A stretch of 43,233 bases of DNA from an uncultured Nitrososphaeraceae archaeon (GTDB lineage: Archaea > Thermoproteota > Nitrososphaeria > Nitrososphaerales > Nitrososphaeraceae), in NCBI GenBank assembly GCA_963765895.1, contig CAVXZB010000001.1, positions 1-43,233 of the forward strand, read 5' to 3'. A program made the translations under genes and the position numbers. The notes below the pieces were generated by a model, which made no database searches, was not told the DNA's origin, and saw only the letters and a program-made list of their open reading frames with translations. Below, piece after piece: positions 32,619 to 43,022 of this stretch. Position 1 is the first letter of the stretch, and the number at the start of each line of letters is the position of its first letter.

Positions 32619-35277
32619 CAGTATTAGTCATCGTGGAACTACCTTTAACTTCTGAGGTTCTGATATTATTTGTCTTAGGTAAAGTATTTTCGTTAGCCGC
32701 ACGGATAACTGAAGAGTTAGTACTATGGTTATAACTGCTAGAATTAGTGGCAATATTTTGATTTATATATGGCCTGAATGAGTTTTTTATCGTATCTATG
32801 ATAGGCAGGTAATGATTGAATTGAGACAAGTATGACGCAAAATCTAGATTATACATTCGGTGATTCATTAATATAGTTGTTGTTTGCTCCATTCGTTCGC
32901 CTTTGGCAATTCCCAAAGTCTGTTCAGGGAGAGATTTATACCTGAATGTGAATTCGAAGGCAGGGTAGCCTGCAATTGTACTAGTATTTGTGTGAATTAT
33001 TTCTACGTTATTTGCTAGCATTTTCTTTTGATTATCGGTATTATTAAAGAAGTCAAAGTAATATCTAGGGGAATCTTTAAACGGCCAATCAGTTGCGGTG
33101 ACCGAAAAAGAAGTTGGAAGATTGCCTTCAGATGAGAATGGCTTAGAAGGTGAGAATGACACTACAGCAGGATCTGCCAAATTGTCATCAGATACACTGT
33201 TGTTATCATAAATATCTTGTCTATTCTCTATCCAATCAGAAGGGTATTGTAATTTAATGCCAAATGTGGGATTTATATACGTAGAGAAATTAGCATTGGC
33301 CTCAGAAGAGGTAGGTAATTTTTTGGGTACATAGTCATAGCCAGATTCTAATTTTTGTGGGAATATTGGCGATTTTTCTCTATTAAAACTATACCATCGT
33401 GTCTTATCACAATTATCAGAATAATCACACATTAAAAAGCTAATTGAAAACGGTACTGTGGAATTAATATATCGTGGTGTGATTCTATCTGGATTGTCTA
33501 CCAATAGTGGCCCCTTTGAATCTTTAGCATCGGTTGAATTAGATAATACTTGTTCACTCAAATCTGCTACTCCGCTTGGCCGCGCTATAGAAAGAAGTCC
33601 TTTGAAAAAGATTTTATCATGGCTAGCGAGACCAAACCATTCCTTAGGAATAGTCTTCTGTGGATTGACTTCAGGTCTAGCCCCCAAAAATACGAACTTG
33701 CCATCTTTATCAACTTCGTAAATCAAAGACAAGTCATTATCTTGATTTATTCTGCCATTGCTTGATTCTAATCTTACGGGAATGAATGCATATTTTCTTT
33801 CTCCATCGCTCTGAAATCTGACTGATGCTGGTACACATTTAGTTTCGTTGCATACTACCAAGATTCTGGGTTGTTTATATTGAAAATATCCGTGGGAGTC
33901 TATTGATGATGATGGCTCGATACTTTGAATATACATAAGATTATGACCCTTGGAAGAATTAGTTACTATTTGAGAATATACATTTGCTATATCTGAGCCA
34001 TATACGCTTGCCCTTACAATATTGCCTTCTCTTGTGGATTTGATTATTGGGGGACTGTTATCCGTAGTAATCATGGATCTTTGGGAATATAGCAGATTTA
34101 GCCATTCAGGACTTATAACAAATAGTTCGGATGAATTACTGTACTCATTTCTTAGTAACGGCATATAAACGGACAGTCCATTTGCACTTGGTCGTGCCTC
34201 GCCAGCAAATTTATAGATAATAGCCGCATTTATTAAATTTCGAACACTATTGGCCTCTGCCGATAGAAAAGGATATTTTTCTTTAACATTTATAAGGAGA
34301 TCAGAGAGATCAACAAAACCCGAGCTTCCAAGAGCGCTTTGACCGTAATGTTCTGTCGATTCAATAGATTTTGAAAGGCGTATAGCTGAAGGAAGATCAT
34401 ATATATTAGAAACAATTGCAGAAGATAAAGTATTCACAGCTCTAATTAATCCAGAAGTTTTTGACATGTCAATTACTGCTAAAGTTATCTCTTTATCTGC
34501 TCCGAAATCTTCAACTGTGGATAAATGTTTTGAACTCCTCAAATAAGAGTCCACTATAACCTTTCCTAGTGAACTGCCTGATTGACTTGAATCTGCTGAT
34601 AAATTCTGGATGATCGCTGTGTAATTCCAGCCCCATGTAGGTTCTACCTCTTCTGATGCAACCATATAATGAGTCGCATTCTGCAGACGAGTTGCTACTT
34701 CCAAGGAAGACATTGCACAGGCATCAAAGCCAATTAATTCAAATTTAGTATTTGTAACAAATTCCGATCTCAGAAAGGATTGTTTTAATTCTACAGGAGT
34801 TAGGATATCATTATGAAAATTAGGATCTTGACCAAAACCGTTCAGTCCACTTCCATGATCCCATAAAACGACTGCATACTTCTTAGCTGGAAAATTTGAT
34901 ATGGCCCAAACAATAAAGTCTGAAAGAGTTTTTGGATTACCCATATCTTTTTTTCCTAAATTAACTAATGTCTGAACCTTATTATGTAAAATTTTATGTC
35001 TTTGTACCACGGTAAAATCAATAAATCTTTTATCATTCAGCTTAGTTTGATTAGTACCGCCGCCAGTTTCAACTATTACATTAATTTTGGAGCTAGATCC
35101 AGGATTTTCCATTTGTTGTATATTTTTTGTTGCGGCATAAGATTTTGCTTCTAAATCTGAACCTATCATGTATACTAGTAGAGTATAGTCTGCAAGATTG
35201 TTAGCTGGTGGATTTATAGTATTAAATGATATTCCTTTGTGTAATGTATTAGGATATGCTTTGGTAGAGAGAGGCAT
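32605..35277 (-). CDS. Clostripain-family (peptidase C11) cysteine protease with PsbP-like C-terminal domain
   Basis: YTLLVYMIGSDLE, DMGNPKTLSDFI, PAKKYAVVLWDHGSG (His), LIGFDACAMSSLEV (Cys), YMVASEEVEP..GWNY, GLSVY.P, then TYINPTFGIKLQYPSDW. A signal peptide probably lies upstream (to about 35370) in another frame. Confidence 0.9.
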   Translation of the reverse strand: MPLSTKAYPNTLHKGISFNTINPPANNLADYTLLVYMIGSDLEAKSYAATKNIQQMENPGSSSKINVIVETGGGTNQTKLNDKRFIDFTVVQRHKILHNKVQTLVNLGKKDMGNPKTLSDFIVWAISNFPAKKYAVVLWDHGSGLNGFGQDPNFHNDILTPVELKQSFLRSEFVTNTKFELIGFDACAMSSLEVATRLQNATHYMVASEEVEPTWGWNYTAIIQNLSADSSQSGSSLGKVIVDSYLRSSKHLSTVEDFGADKEITLAVIDMSKTSGLIRAVNTLSSAIVSNIYDLPSAIRLSKSIESTEHYGQSALGSSGFVDLSDLLINVKEKYPFLSAEANSVRNLINAAIIYKFAGEARPSANGLSVYMPLLRNEYSNSSELFVISPEWLNLLYSQRSMITTDNSPPIIKSTREGNIVRASVYGSDIANVYSQIVTNSSKGHNLMYIQSIEPSSSIDSHGYFQYKQPRILVVCNETKCVPASVRFQSDGERKYAFIPVRLESSNGRINQDNDLSLIYEVDKDGKFVFLGARPEVNPQKTIPKEWFGLASHDKIFFKGLLSIARPSGVADLSEQVLSNSTDAKDSKGPLLVDNPDRITPRYINSTVPFSISFLMCDYSDNCDKTRWYSFNREKSPIFPQKLESGYDYVPKKLPTSSEANANFSTYINPTFGIKLQYPSDWIENRQDIYDNNSVSDDNLADPAVVSFSPSKPFSSEGNLPTSFSVTATDWPFKDSPRYYFDFFNNTDNQKKMLANNVEIIHTNTSTIAGYPAFEFTFRYKSLPEQTLGIAKGERMEQTTTILMNHRMYNLDFASYLSQFNHYLPIIDTIKNSFRPYINQNIATNSSSYNHSTNSSVIRAANENTLPKTNNIRTSEVKGSSTMTNTVAST

Positions 35278-36971
35278 TAAACTAACATGTGATCCTGGCT
35301 CAGAAAAATGATGGTGAATTGAAATAGGAGTAATGAAATGAGAAATATTGCTTTTCTAGATTTAGTCACAAGTTTTTGTTATTTGTAAGTTAGATATTAG
35401 GTTTTTCTTTAGCCGCCTTTAAAATGATATGATACGGATTAGCAAACTAAATTATGTAGACTAAGTATATGATTCTGGCATGGTGTTTAAATAACATCAT
35501 AGAAATCAGTTCAGGCTATAGATCAATTCTACATATAGTTACTTTGTTGTAATGGATTACACAAAGGCAATATATTCTCTACTTTACAAATACTAGGAGA
35601 AATTCAAAAACATGATCAACGCTGCCTTGTCAAAACGGTTTGCAATTCAAAAGATTGAAAAATCATGGCCATGTGATGATTTCTGTAAAGATTGATTATT
35701 AGTAAAAATGGACCTAGACAACTTACGTATAGTAAATTACATTTTTTATAGCTGATAACCGGCCAAAATGTTAATGGAAATTACGCTTGTGAATATTTAT
35801 TTGTGACAAGTCTGGCACTCGTCGAGGGCCGGAGGAAAATCTCATACCTTTTAGGACTTGTAGAATACTCGTAGAAGGTAATTAATATTCTTGATTTAAA
35901 GAACTACAAAAGCAAAGGCAGGACCTGGGTTGCGCGTCCTAGTTTATTAATTCAACAAAAGTACAAATAGTTATGCGAGCTTGACAATTCTTTTGGCGCC
36001 GAAAAATTATTACACTAGGTAGTCACCCAATCCAGACCTCACGTCTCTTATAGGAAGATTCTCTAGATATTGTGAGAATGGCCATAAAGTACTGAGCCTA
36101 TTCTGATACTAGACAAATGGTCATTGGTATAGATTGCCTGCCTTTCTTACTAGTGAACATCTATGTTTTTAGGGTGTAGAGAGGTTTATGACTCGGTACA
36201 ATAATCTACTATCAGATTTTCTTTAACTCTCAAACTTATGTTTCTAATTTAGCTTTAACCAATCATATTGGTCCTTATTTCCTAAATCTCATCTCGGTTC
36301 TATTTTATGCATACTTCATAAATTACCTGGTTGTTTTGATTGTTTAGATATGAAGATATATTATACATGTTCAACTAAAATTTGAGGGATTTAAATCTGA
36401 CAGAATAATAAAGAGAAGAAACCGAAGAACAGCAGAATAGTCATTACCGTATGTTATTCCTGTTAGTATATTCGAAGTCAGTAATTGTCTGTACCTCTTG
36501 ATGCATTTTTCCCTCTATAAGAAGAGCGTAGATGTGATCTTACCTAATTGGATTCAGTCATCAGTAACCGTAATTACATGACGTCGGTCTACCTACATCG
36601 CCTAGAAGAGATAGACTTGTTCTAATTATGGACCATAGGTTATTTAGCAGTACAAAACCTAACCTTAAGCATTTTACGTCATTTAATCTAACTGCCCGTG
36701 ATTTGAAACCTCATACTTAATACTGGTAAGACGCTAAAAAAGAGCTGAAGAAAAACCCGTCTATTTTACCTGCTGAATTTTTTTTCAAGGTTGTTAGTAT
36801 GTTTCAAAAATGCGAAATGGTATTATATAGTCTTAATTAATGTGGATAAGTAGAACTATCTAAATTAGGCTATATTGGCCACATATTTAAATATATGAAG
36901 TATTAAAGTAGCACCTTAAGATGTACTTATGACAAAAACTATCGTAGATCATTGGACTTTCGGCAAGTAAT

Positions 36972-38163
36972 ATGACCAAAGTTTTCATATCTCACTCTTC
37001 TGCAGACAAAGAATTTGCAATGAAACTTTATTCTTGGTTGAGAGATTTTCAATACATAGATGTTATCTGGATTGATACCAAAGAGCTAAAACCTGGTGTG
37101 AAATTTAAAGCTTTTCTTAATGATTTATCCAAATCTGATATAGTAATAGTTAGTGAGCAAAGAATCAGTAAAGTCCAAATATGTACAAGAGGAGATTGAA
37201 TATTCATTGCAGTGTCAAGAGAGAAAAGAAAAGATTGTTATTCCAATACTGTATAAAATAACACCCAAACAAATTCCTCTAAATGAAAAAATGAAAAAGT
37301 TATTAGAAAATATCTACGTTTCACTAGATGATACTCTTTTCAATATTCACAAGATAATTCCTTCACTAACACCTGATTACAATTATGTCGAGATTCCATT
37401 CGATAAGCAGTTTCATGTTGACCACTCTATATTAATTGATAATTTAAAACATGTTTCTGAAGAAAAACGAAAAATATGTATATTAATTAATCATGAGAGA
37501 TTCGATAAACAAATCTGGACGATCTTTAAGGAGCTGGCTGATAAGGATAAGTTCTCAGAAGCCTTACACGAGTTGGACATCTTCGGCAAAAACTTTTTGC
37601 CACTTTTTTGGATAAATACTTCATATTTTTTATCTAGATATATTCAATATACTTTGTCTAAAGAAGTTGCATATACTATGATTGCGAAGTCAATATTTAA
37701 TTTGTTCGAAGAGCTTCTGCATAGACTATTTTTACATATCTTTGATAAATTCATGTCTATTTCCATAGTAACTAGTAATAGGAGTAAGGAGATGAAAAAT
37801 AGAATGAGGTCATCTGTAGAATTTGTTACGCCGAGAGGAAACTATGACGGTTATTTTTGGTTTATGTGCAAAATATACTACGACGATAGCATTACACCAT
37901 ACGAATTGCAAGAATTCCATCTTAGTGGGAATACAGTAAAAAGAATAAAAGCATATGTCAACAGGCATAATTATCAAAGCACAATTCAGTATTTACAGTC
38001 GTATCCAGCAAACGAGATACTGGAATCAGATTGGCAAACAAAAATACTCCCACAATTCATGTCTTACGAGATCTTTAGTCCGACCATCGACTTTCATAGT
38101 GTAAATGACAATGATCTAAAGAACACTGGATTTGACATATTTGACTACGATAAATTATATTAG
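36972..38163 (+). CDS. TIR-domain protein with uncharacterised C-terminal domain (frameshift near 37150)
   Basis: KVFISHSSADKEFA..L...L.......WID..EL.PG...SDIVIV / SKESVKSKYVQEEI...VIPIL = prokaryotic TIR_2 with the catalytic-position Glu. Confidence 0.85.
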
Positions 38164-38479
38164 ATGATTTTTTAGAGACACTTGAACTGTAATAATATGT
38201 TTCAAGTTGGTCCTTTCTCTCAGATTCGGATTGTTTTTCTTTCCTTTTTGAATCAACGGCAGATATAGTGCCATTAGTCACGACCTCTCCTTTGATTAAT
38301 AAATTACCCTCTCAATTCTATCCAACAGTTTACTCAAAGTCATAAATGTTGTGATTGCTTCTGGTCCTAGGCATAGGGTATAAACTTGCGAGCATCTGAC
38401 AAATATTCGAGGTCATGTAATGTAAAATTGTCCAAGAACGAAACTATATTTTATATAGTCCTTGTTATCTCCAGAAGAG

Positions 38480-39140
38480 ATATTTGAGATTTAAACATTC
38501 CTCAATTGGAAATTGGTAATACCTAGAAAATATGTTGGGATAAGATTCAGGCTCCATCCTACTGGACTCATAATACGTCCCATCTTAACCTTTCAAATAT
38601 TCAATTTTAGTGTTGTATAGTCTCGTATAATGAGCGTAAATAATTCATCTAATTTCTAAATTAGGCTATTTAATAAGCTATTCATAAATTATAGAAAATA
38701 TGAGTCTGTACCTGACTCCAATACGGTAGATAGAGCCATATGGATTTTTTATCCGTGTTTGTTCCAAGTGGGGGGCCAGATAATTAACAGTCAATACTTG
38801 ACTAGTTGTCTTAGTACTCTTATCAGTATCTTATTCTTGTTGAGTCTGTTGCGAGTGACTTCCATTATGGTCTACTTTTTGCCGTTAGAACATGGATTCT
38901 AATCTGGTATTACTAGCTCACTAGAAATCCCTATATCATATTGTGTTTCCTCAAAATGTGATTTTACTATTGTATACTATTGTATAATGAGCGTGACTGG
39001 CTATGCCTGCTTTCTAAATTATTCTATTTGCGGTATATTCACGAGCGACGAGAAGCAATAAGAAAGGGTGATTCCTGACTCTAATATTGGATACTGGATG
39101 TTCAACCCTATGTGATGAATGTGATATATGTGATTCTGAT
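38480..39140 (+). repeat. Dispersed repeat, most complete copy E, with an internal second sub-unit (38953-39134)
   Basis: Core at 38591-38611. The block gtataatgagcgt...tttctaaatta...cctgactc.aata occurs twice (38625-38723 and 38982-39086). Lies directly downstream of the MCM gene. Confidence 0.9.
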
Positions 39141-39238
39141 TTACAGTTAAGTATTGCGTCGGTCTATGGTTATGCTTGGTTGGTTTCTTGTATCTGCGTT
39201 ACTGCTTTCTATCTTACCTGTTTGTATATGCATGCTTG

Positions 39239-41370
39239 TCAATTTTTCAATCCTTTGCAAGTATGCTCTAACATGAACCATTTATCGCCCTTGATACTAC
39301 AGTTTTCACATACCCATATGTCTGAATGTGGAGAAACGCGACTAATGTGTCCCGCATTACATGGACTTTCTTGTTGTAGTATATCTGATTCTTTTATACG
39401 ATTGCTACTACTATGTGCGGTATGTGATGCATGTGATATAGGTTCGTTCTTGAAAATATCGTATTGAATATCGTTACTATTATTTTCTTTGCTTAGATTA
39501 GTATTGTTTACTTCATCACATATATCACATGCAGCACATGTACCACCGTTATTGCCAGCTAACTCATGTTCTTTATCCCATTTCAAGACAATAGGCTTCT
39601 CACTTACTATAATTACCCGACTGTGATTTCGTAATCTTTCAATAATTGGTCTTATCTTACTATTTTCTCGCAGCTTGTGCTTGTCTCCTATATAGGATTT
39701 GACTCTTATATTCTTATCACATGCTATTTTTACAAGCTCTTCAAACTGCATTGCATAATACGAATCCTTTAGGATTTCAATACAGGTGTTGTAAGCTTCA
39801 TCGTTAGGATTTGTTTTGATGTTAACTACTTGTTGAAGCTGCTGTAATATTACGTTGTAAAGCTCCTGAGACTCATACGCATCTTCGGCGTCTACTATTG
39901 TCTTTAATTTTAGTCTAGCAATCATTTTAGCTATAATTATAAGTGATTCTAGTATCCTAGGTGAGCCATAACTTGATGCTATGTTGACATAAAACCCCAT
40001 TAGCATATGCTCTGCTTCTTTAGACAAGACAGGATTGAATCGCTTCGAATATTCTATATATTTTCTGAGATATTGTGTGTAGTCAGGAATTATTTTTCTG
40101 CCACATAAATCAAGTTTTTGCTGGCGTAGCTTCTAAGTTCCAATTTGTCCCTCATATTTCTAACAACAAATATCAGATCGAATCTATCTATCAATGGCTT
40201 TATGGCAGGAATCTCATCAAGGTTAACTTTTTCCGGATCATCCCATTCTCCGTTTAATGGATTAGCTGATGCAATTATCGCAGTCGGAGAAGATATTCTA
40301 GCATTAATTCCATGTTTATTTATTGTAAATGACTGTTCTTGCATTATACTCAGTAAGTGCTTTTGATCTTCAAAGTGCATTCTTCCCAATTCATTTAAAG
40401 CACACGTAGCACCCTTCGCTGCCGGGATAGGTCCAGTTCTTAAGATATGAGTTTCATCCTCCTTCTCAACAATTGCTGTAAGACTCTTGCCAGAGGAGTT
40501 CTCTGCACTTTCATACCTGCTGTTTGGAACTAATTCGATAGACCTTCTGAGCATCACTGATTTGGCAAGACCTGGATCGCCAATAATTAGAACATGAATT
40601 TTCTTCTGAGTTTCATCTTTGTTAGTAGAAGCTCCGCATAACAACATCCCTTGCTTTATCGTGTTATTACCAATGATGTCAGATGCAAACATGAAACCCA
40701 GTATATCAAGCACACTCATTTTTCGTCTTTTAGCAACTGTGACAAGTTTTTCAATTGCAGCTTTATCATGTGTAGTAATGATAATTTCGTGGCTGGATTC
40801 ATATTCGATAGTTTCTACATACAGAAATGCGACTGTGTCTTTTCTCGGAAGTGAGATTACGTGAATCTTCCCATTTATTGTAGCTATTTCGCCCAAGTGT
40901 GCATGTACTTCTATAGTATCATTATCAAATACTACAGCTTTCAGAGGATCGATGTCGCTGAATGTCTCTATGTCTTTAATCTCTAATACTATTGCATTAA
41001 CATATTCCAGCCTAGGAATTGCATGCCATGGTTGTCGTGCCACTGTGTAATCACTTTCTGCGTTAGAATTGCAATATTTGTTAGAACATTTGCTTGGTCC
41101 TTTCGTAATTGGTTGATATAGATTTGGTCTTTCGTCTGCAAAATTATGTTTCTGGCCTTCAAATATAATATTAGGAGTAACTTTCATTACATTGCCACAG
41201 ATTGCACACTCATATTCCTGACTTTTGATTATCTTCTTTAGCTTGGAGATTCCAGATATAATCCCCCTGACTCTAACACTTCCTGAGTGCAGCCTTACAC
41301 CTTGTGATACTGACATCTCATAATTGTCTGACGTAATGGTAGGGCCACTGATTACACCCTCTAATGTCAT
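39239..41370 (-). CDS. mcm: MCM-family replicative helicase of mobile-element type (frameshift near 40117)
   Basis: Zn finger CAIC...CSNKYC, ASDIIGNNTIK, Walker A IHVLIIGDPGLAKS, SSGKSLTA, Walker B CALNELGRM, MQEQSFTINKHG, IIASANP, DRFDL, LRKYIEY, SPRILESL..IA...ARL. Start MTLEG is placed at 41370 after GGAGG; the ORF track extends to 41577. Confidence 0.9.
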
Positions 41371-41376
41371 AGCTAA

Positions 41377-41381
41377 CCTCC
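41377..41381 (-). promoter_or_regulatory. Shine-Dalgarno-like GGAGG for mcm
   Basis: Minus strand GGAGG-ttagct-ATG. Confidence 0.5.
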
Positions 41382-41854
41382 ATGTAACTTTGTATGACAG
41401 GCCGGCTATGTGATAATACCTTTTGTTAATTCCTTCTAAGAGGACCTGTTCCGTTTCGGTTACTACCTTATCAAATTGATGTGGTAAAGATACTTTTAGT
41501 GCTCCAATTCTGTATACAATGATGGCGTAAAATCTGAAGTATTGATTATGAATACAGGCGGTGTAGTTGGATTCCATAAGTTGATACGATAAAGAACAAA
41601 TTCGGCTCGCTTGAAGTACTTTTGCGTGATTTCAAGAGTCTTCCAATTGATTATGCACTTTGCTGAGAGTTGATATATTCGTCATCCTTTATTGCTCCCG
41701 CGCTTAAACTATTTTTCCTAGTTTTGCTTATTGCTTTGGCTTTTATGTCTACTACAGATGGTAACTCAGGATATAGTAATGCTCCTACTCCAGTTGTCTT
41801 GTACCTGTATCCATGAAAATAATCAAGAAGGATATAATCTTCGACTTGGTTACA

Positions 41855-42061
41855 TTAACAACAATTACTATCAAGGTTGTCATTTCTGTTCCTCTTTAAT
41901 TCCGATGCACAATGCTCACACAGGTATAGAGTTATTACGCCCTGATCACCGACTTTTACGTTAACAGCAGTGGCCACTACTGATTTGCAATCGTAGACTT
42001 CGCAATATCCACCAAAATGTTTAACATGTATGCCATCAGTATAATAATTACCAGACATCAT
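41855..42061 (-). CDS. Small zinc-finger protein
   Basis: CEVYDC...LYLCEHC. ATGA overlap with the upstream gene at 42058-42061. Confidence 0.65.
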   Translation of the reverse strand: MMSGNYYTDGIHVKHFGGYCEVYDCKSVVATAVNVKVGDQGVITLYLCEHCASELKRNRNDNLDSNCC

Positions 42062-42330
42062 AGTGTATCAGGTATCACTCCTGGTATGCTGTATGCGACC
42101 GCTGCTTCAGCATGTGTAAGGCGACCAACCTGTTCATGCTGAAGTAGTATTTTCTTATCCATATTCGCGTTTCTGAGGATCCTGTTATTTCTTCTACAGC
42201 GTGGACAGCATGCAAAAAATATAGCATGTCCCTTATATCGCCATGTATACAGACAGTCTTTCCTTGAACAACTAATGATAACCCCGTTGCTATCATAGTT
42301 GGTGTCGCTCTTATTTCTATTCAGTAACAT
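42058..42330 (-). CDS. Small zinc-ribbon protein
   Basis: CSRKDCLYTWRYKG.....CCPRCR. First gene of the apparent mcm operon. Confidence 0.65.
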   Translation of the reverse strand: MLLNRNKSDTNYDSNGVIISCSRKDCLYTWRYKGHAIFFACCPRCRRNNRILRNANMDKKILLQHEQVGRLTHAEAAVAYSIPGVIPDTL

Positions 42331-42497
42331 CTCTGTTAGTAATATGTCATCTCTTACTTACTTAAATGAACATCGGAAAGTGATGAAATCCAAACGATAG
42401 ACAAACTTATCGGAAGTATCCCACTTTTTTGGTATTTGCTTATTGGTTTTGATATAGACAGCGTTATATCCAGAGAGATTAGAGCTTACAAAAAGAA

Positions 42498-42593
42498 ATG
42501 ACAGACCTATATTTTGCCACATTGCTAACTGTTATCTTTGTATTCGGTATTACGGTTATAGTTGCACTGAGGCTAACTGGAACTAGTATATAA
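42498..42593 (+). CDS. 31-aa single-TM peptide
   Basis: MTDLYFATLLTVIFVFGITVIVALRLTGTSI*, below the ORF-track cut-off. Confidence 0.4.
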   Translation: MTDLYFATLLTVIFVFGITVIVALRLTGTSI

Positions 42594-42598
42594 ACTAG

Positions 42599-42618
42599 AG
42601 GCGCTACGCGTAGCGCCT
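42599..42618. other. Perfect 20-bp GC-rich palindrome
   Basis: AGGCGCTACGCGTAGCGCCT is its own reverse complement. Confidence 0.9.
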
Positions 42619-43022
42619 ATGGCTAGGGTTGTTACCTTAGTCCATGTCGCATTACTGCTTACGTAGTGTAGATGCCATACCGTTCTTGTTTGTCCATAGC
42701 CTGCTGTCTTTACTGCGTTTAGGAAGTCTGTTCTAAATGCTATGTTGCTGACTGTTTATATCTTAATTAACGGTTAACCTATCAATGTAGCATAGAGGTA
42801 GTCAGGACGGCCGTCCTCGAGGTCATATGCTGGAAAAACCTCTGCTATAACCCACATTAGATTAAAGTCGCAGGACTAAGCATTTACTAATATTATACGA
42901 AACCAAAAGGCAAAACTATTGAGCTTTTTGTTTGTCGGCTGATAACTGCAAACGGCGACGCAAAAGAAACGACATTTATTTAAAGCAGTCAGTTAATTCA
43001 AATTATATGGTGAATTACCAAC

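Noticed and set aside
30384-33765. Short opposite-strand or overlapping ORFs (30384, 30995, 33458, 33550; likewise 2403, 2588, 15805, 22856, 23570, 40145, 40619, 40651)
   Set aside because: Shadows of well-supported longer genes.
35300-36950. 1.6-kb stretch without ORFs of 60 aa or more
   Set aside because: No recognisable RNA gene, repeat or motif. Probably decayed DNA.
12205-39140. Dispersed repeat as tRNA-derived att site, CRISPR repeat or small protein gene (minus-strand TKIEYLKCQGE...)
   Set aside because: No tRNA cloverleaf or T-loop motif, spacing is kilobases, and frames are broken differently in each copy.
39087-39467. Cys-rich + strand ORF (CDECDICD...CAVCDACD) resembling a metal-binding protein
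   Set aside because: It is partly antisense to mcm, and its Cys motifs are simply the translation of the TGTGATnnA repeats.
41371-41577. N-terminal extension of MCM in the ORF track
   Set aside because: A GGAGG-preceded ATG at 41370 is a better start. The upstream part may be a degenerate separate gene.
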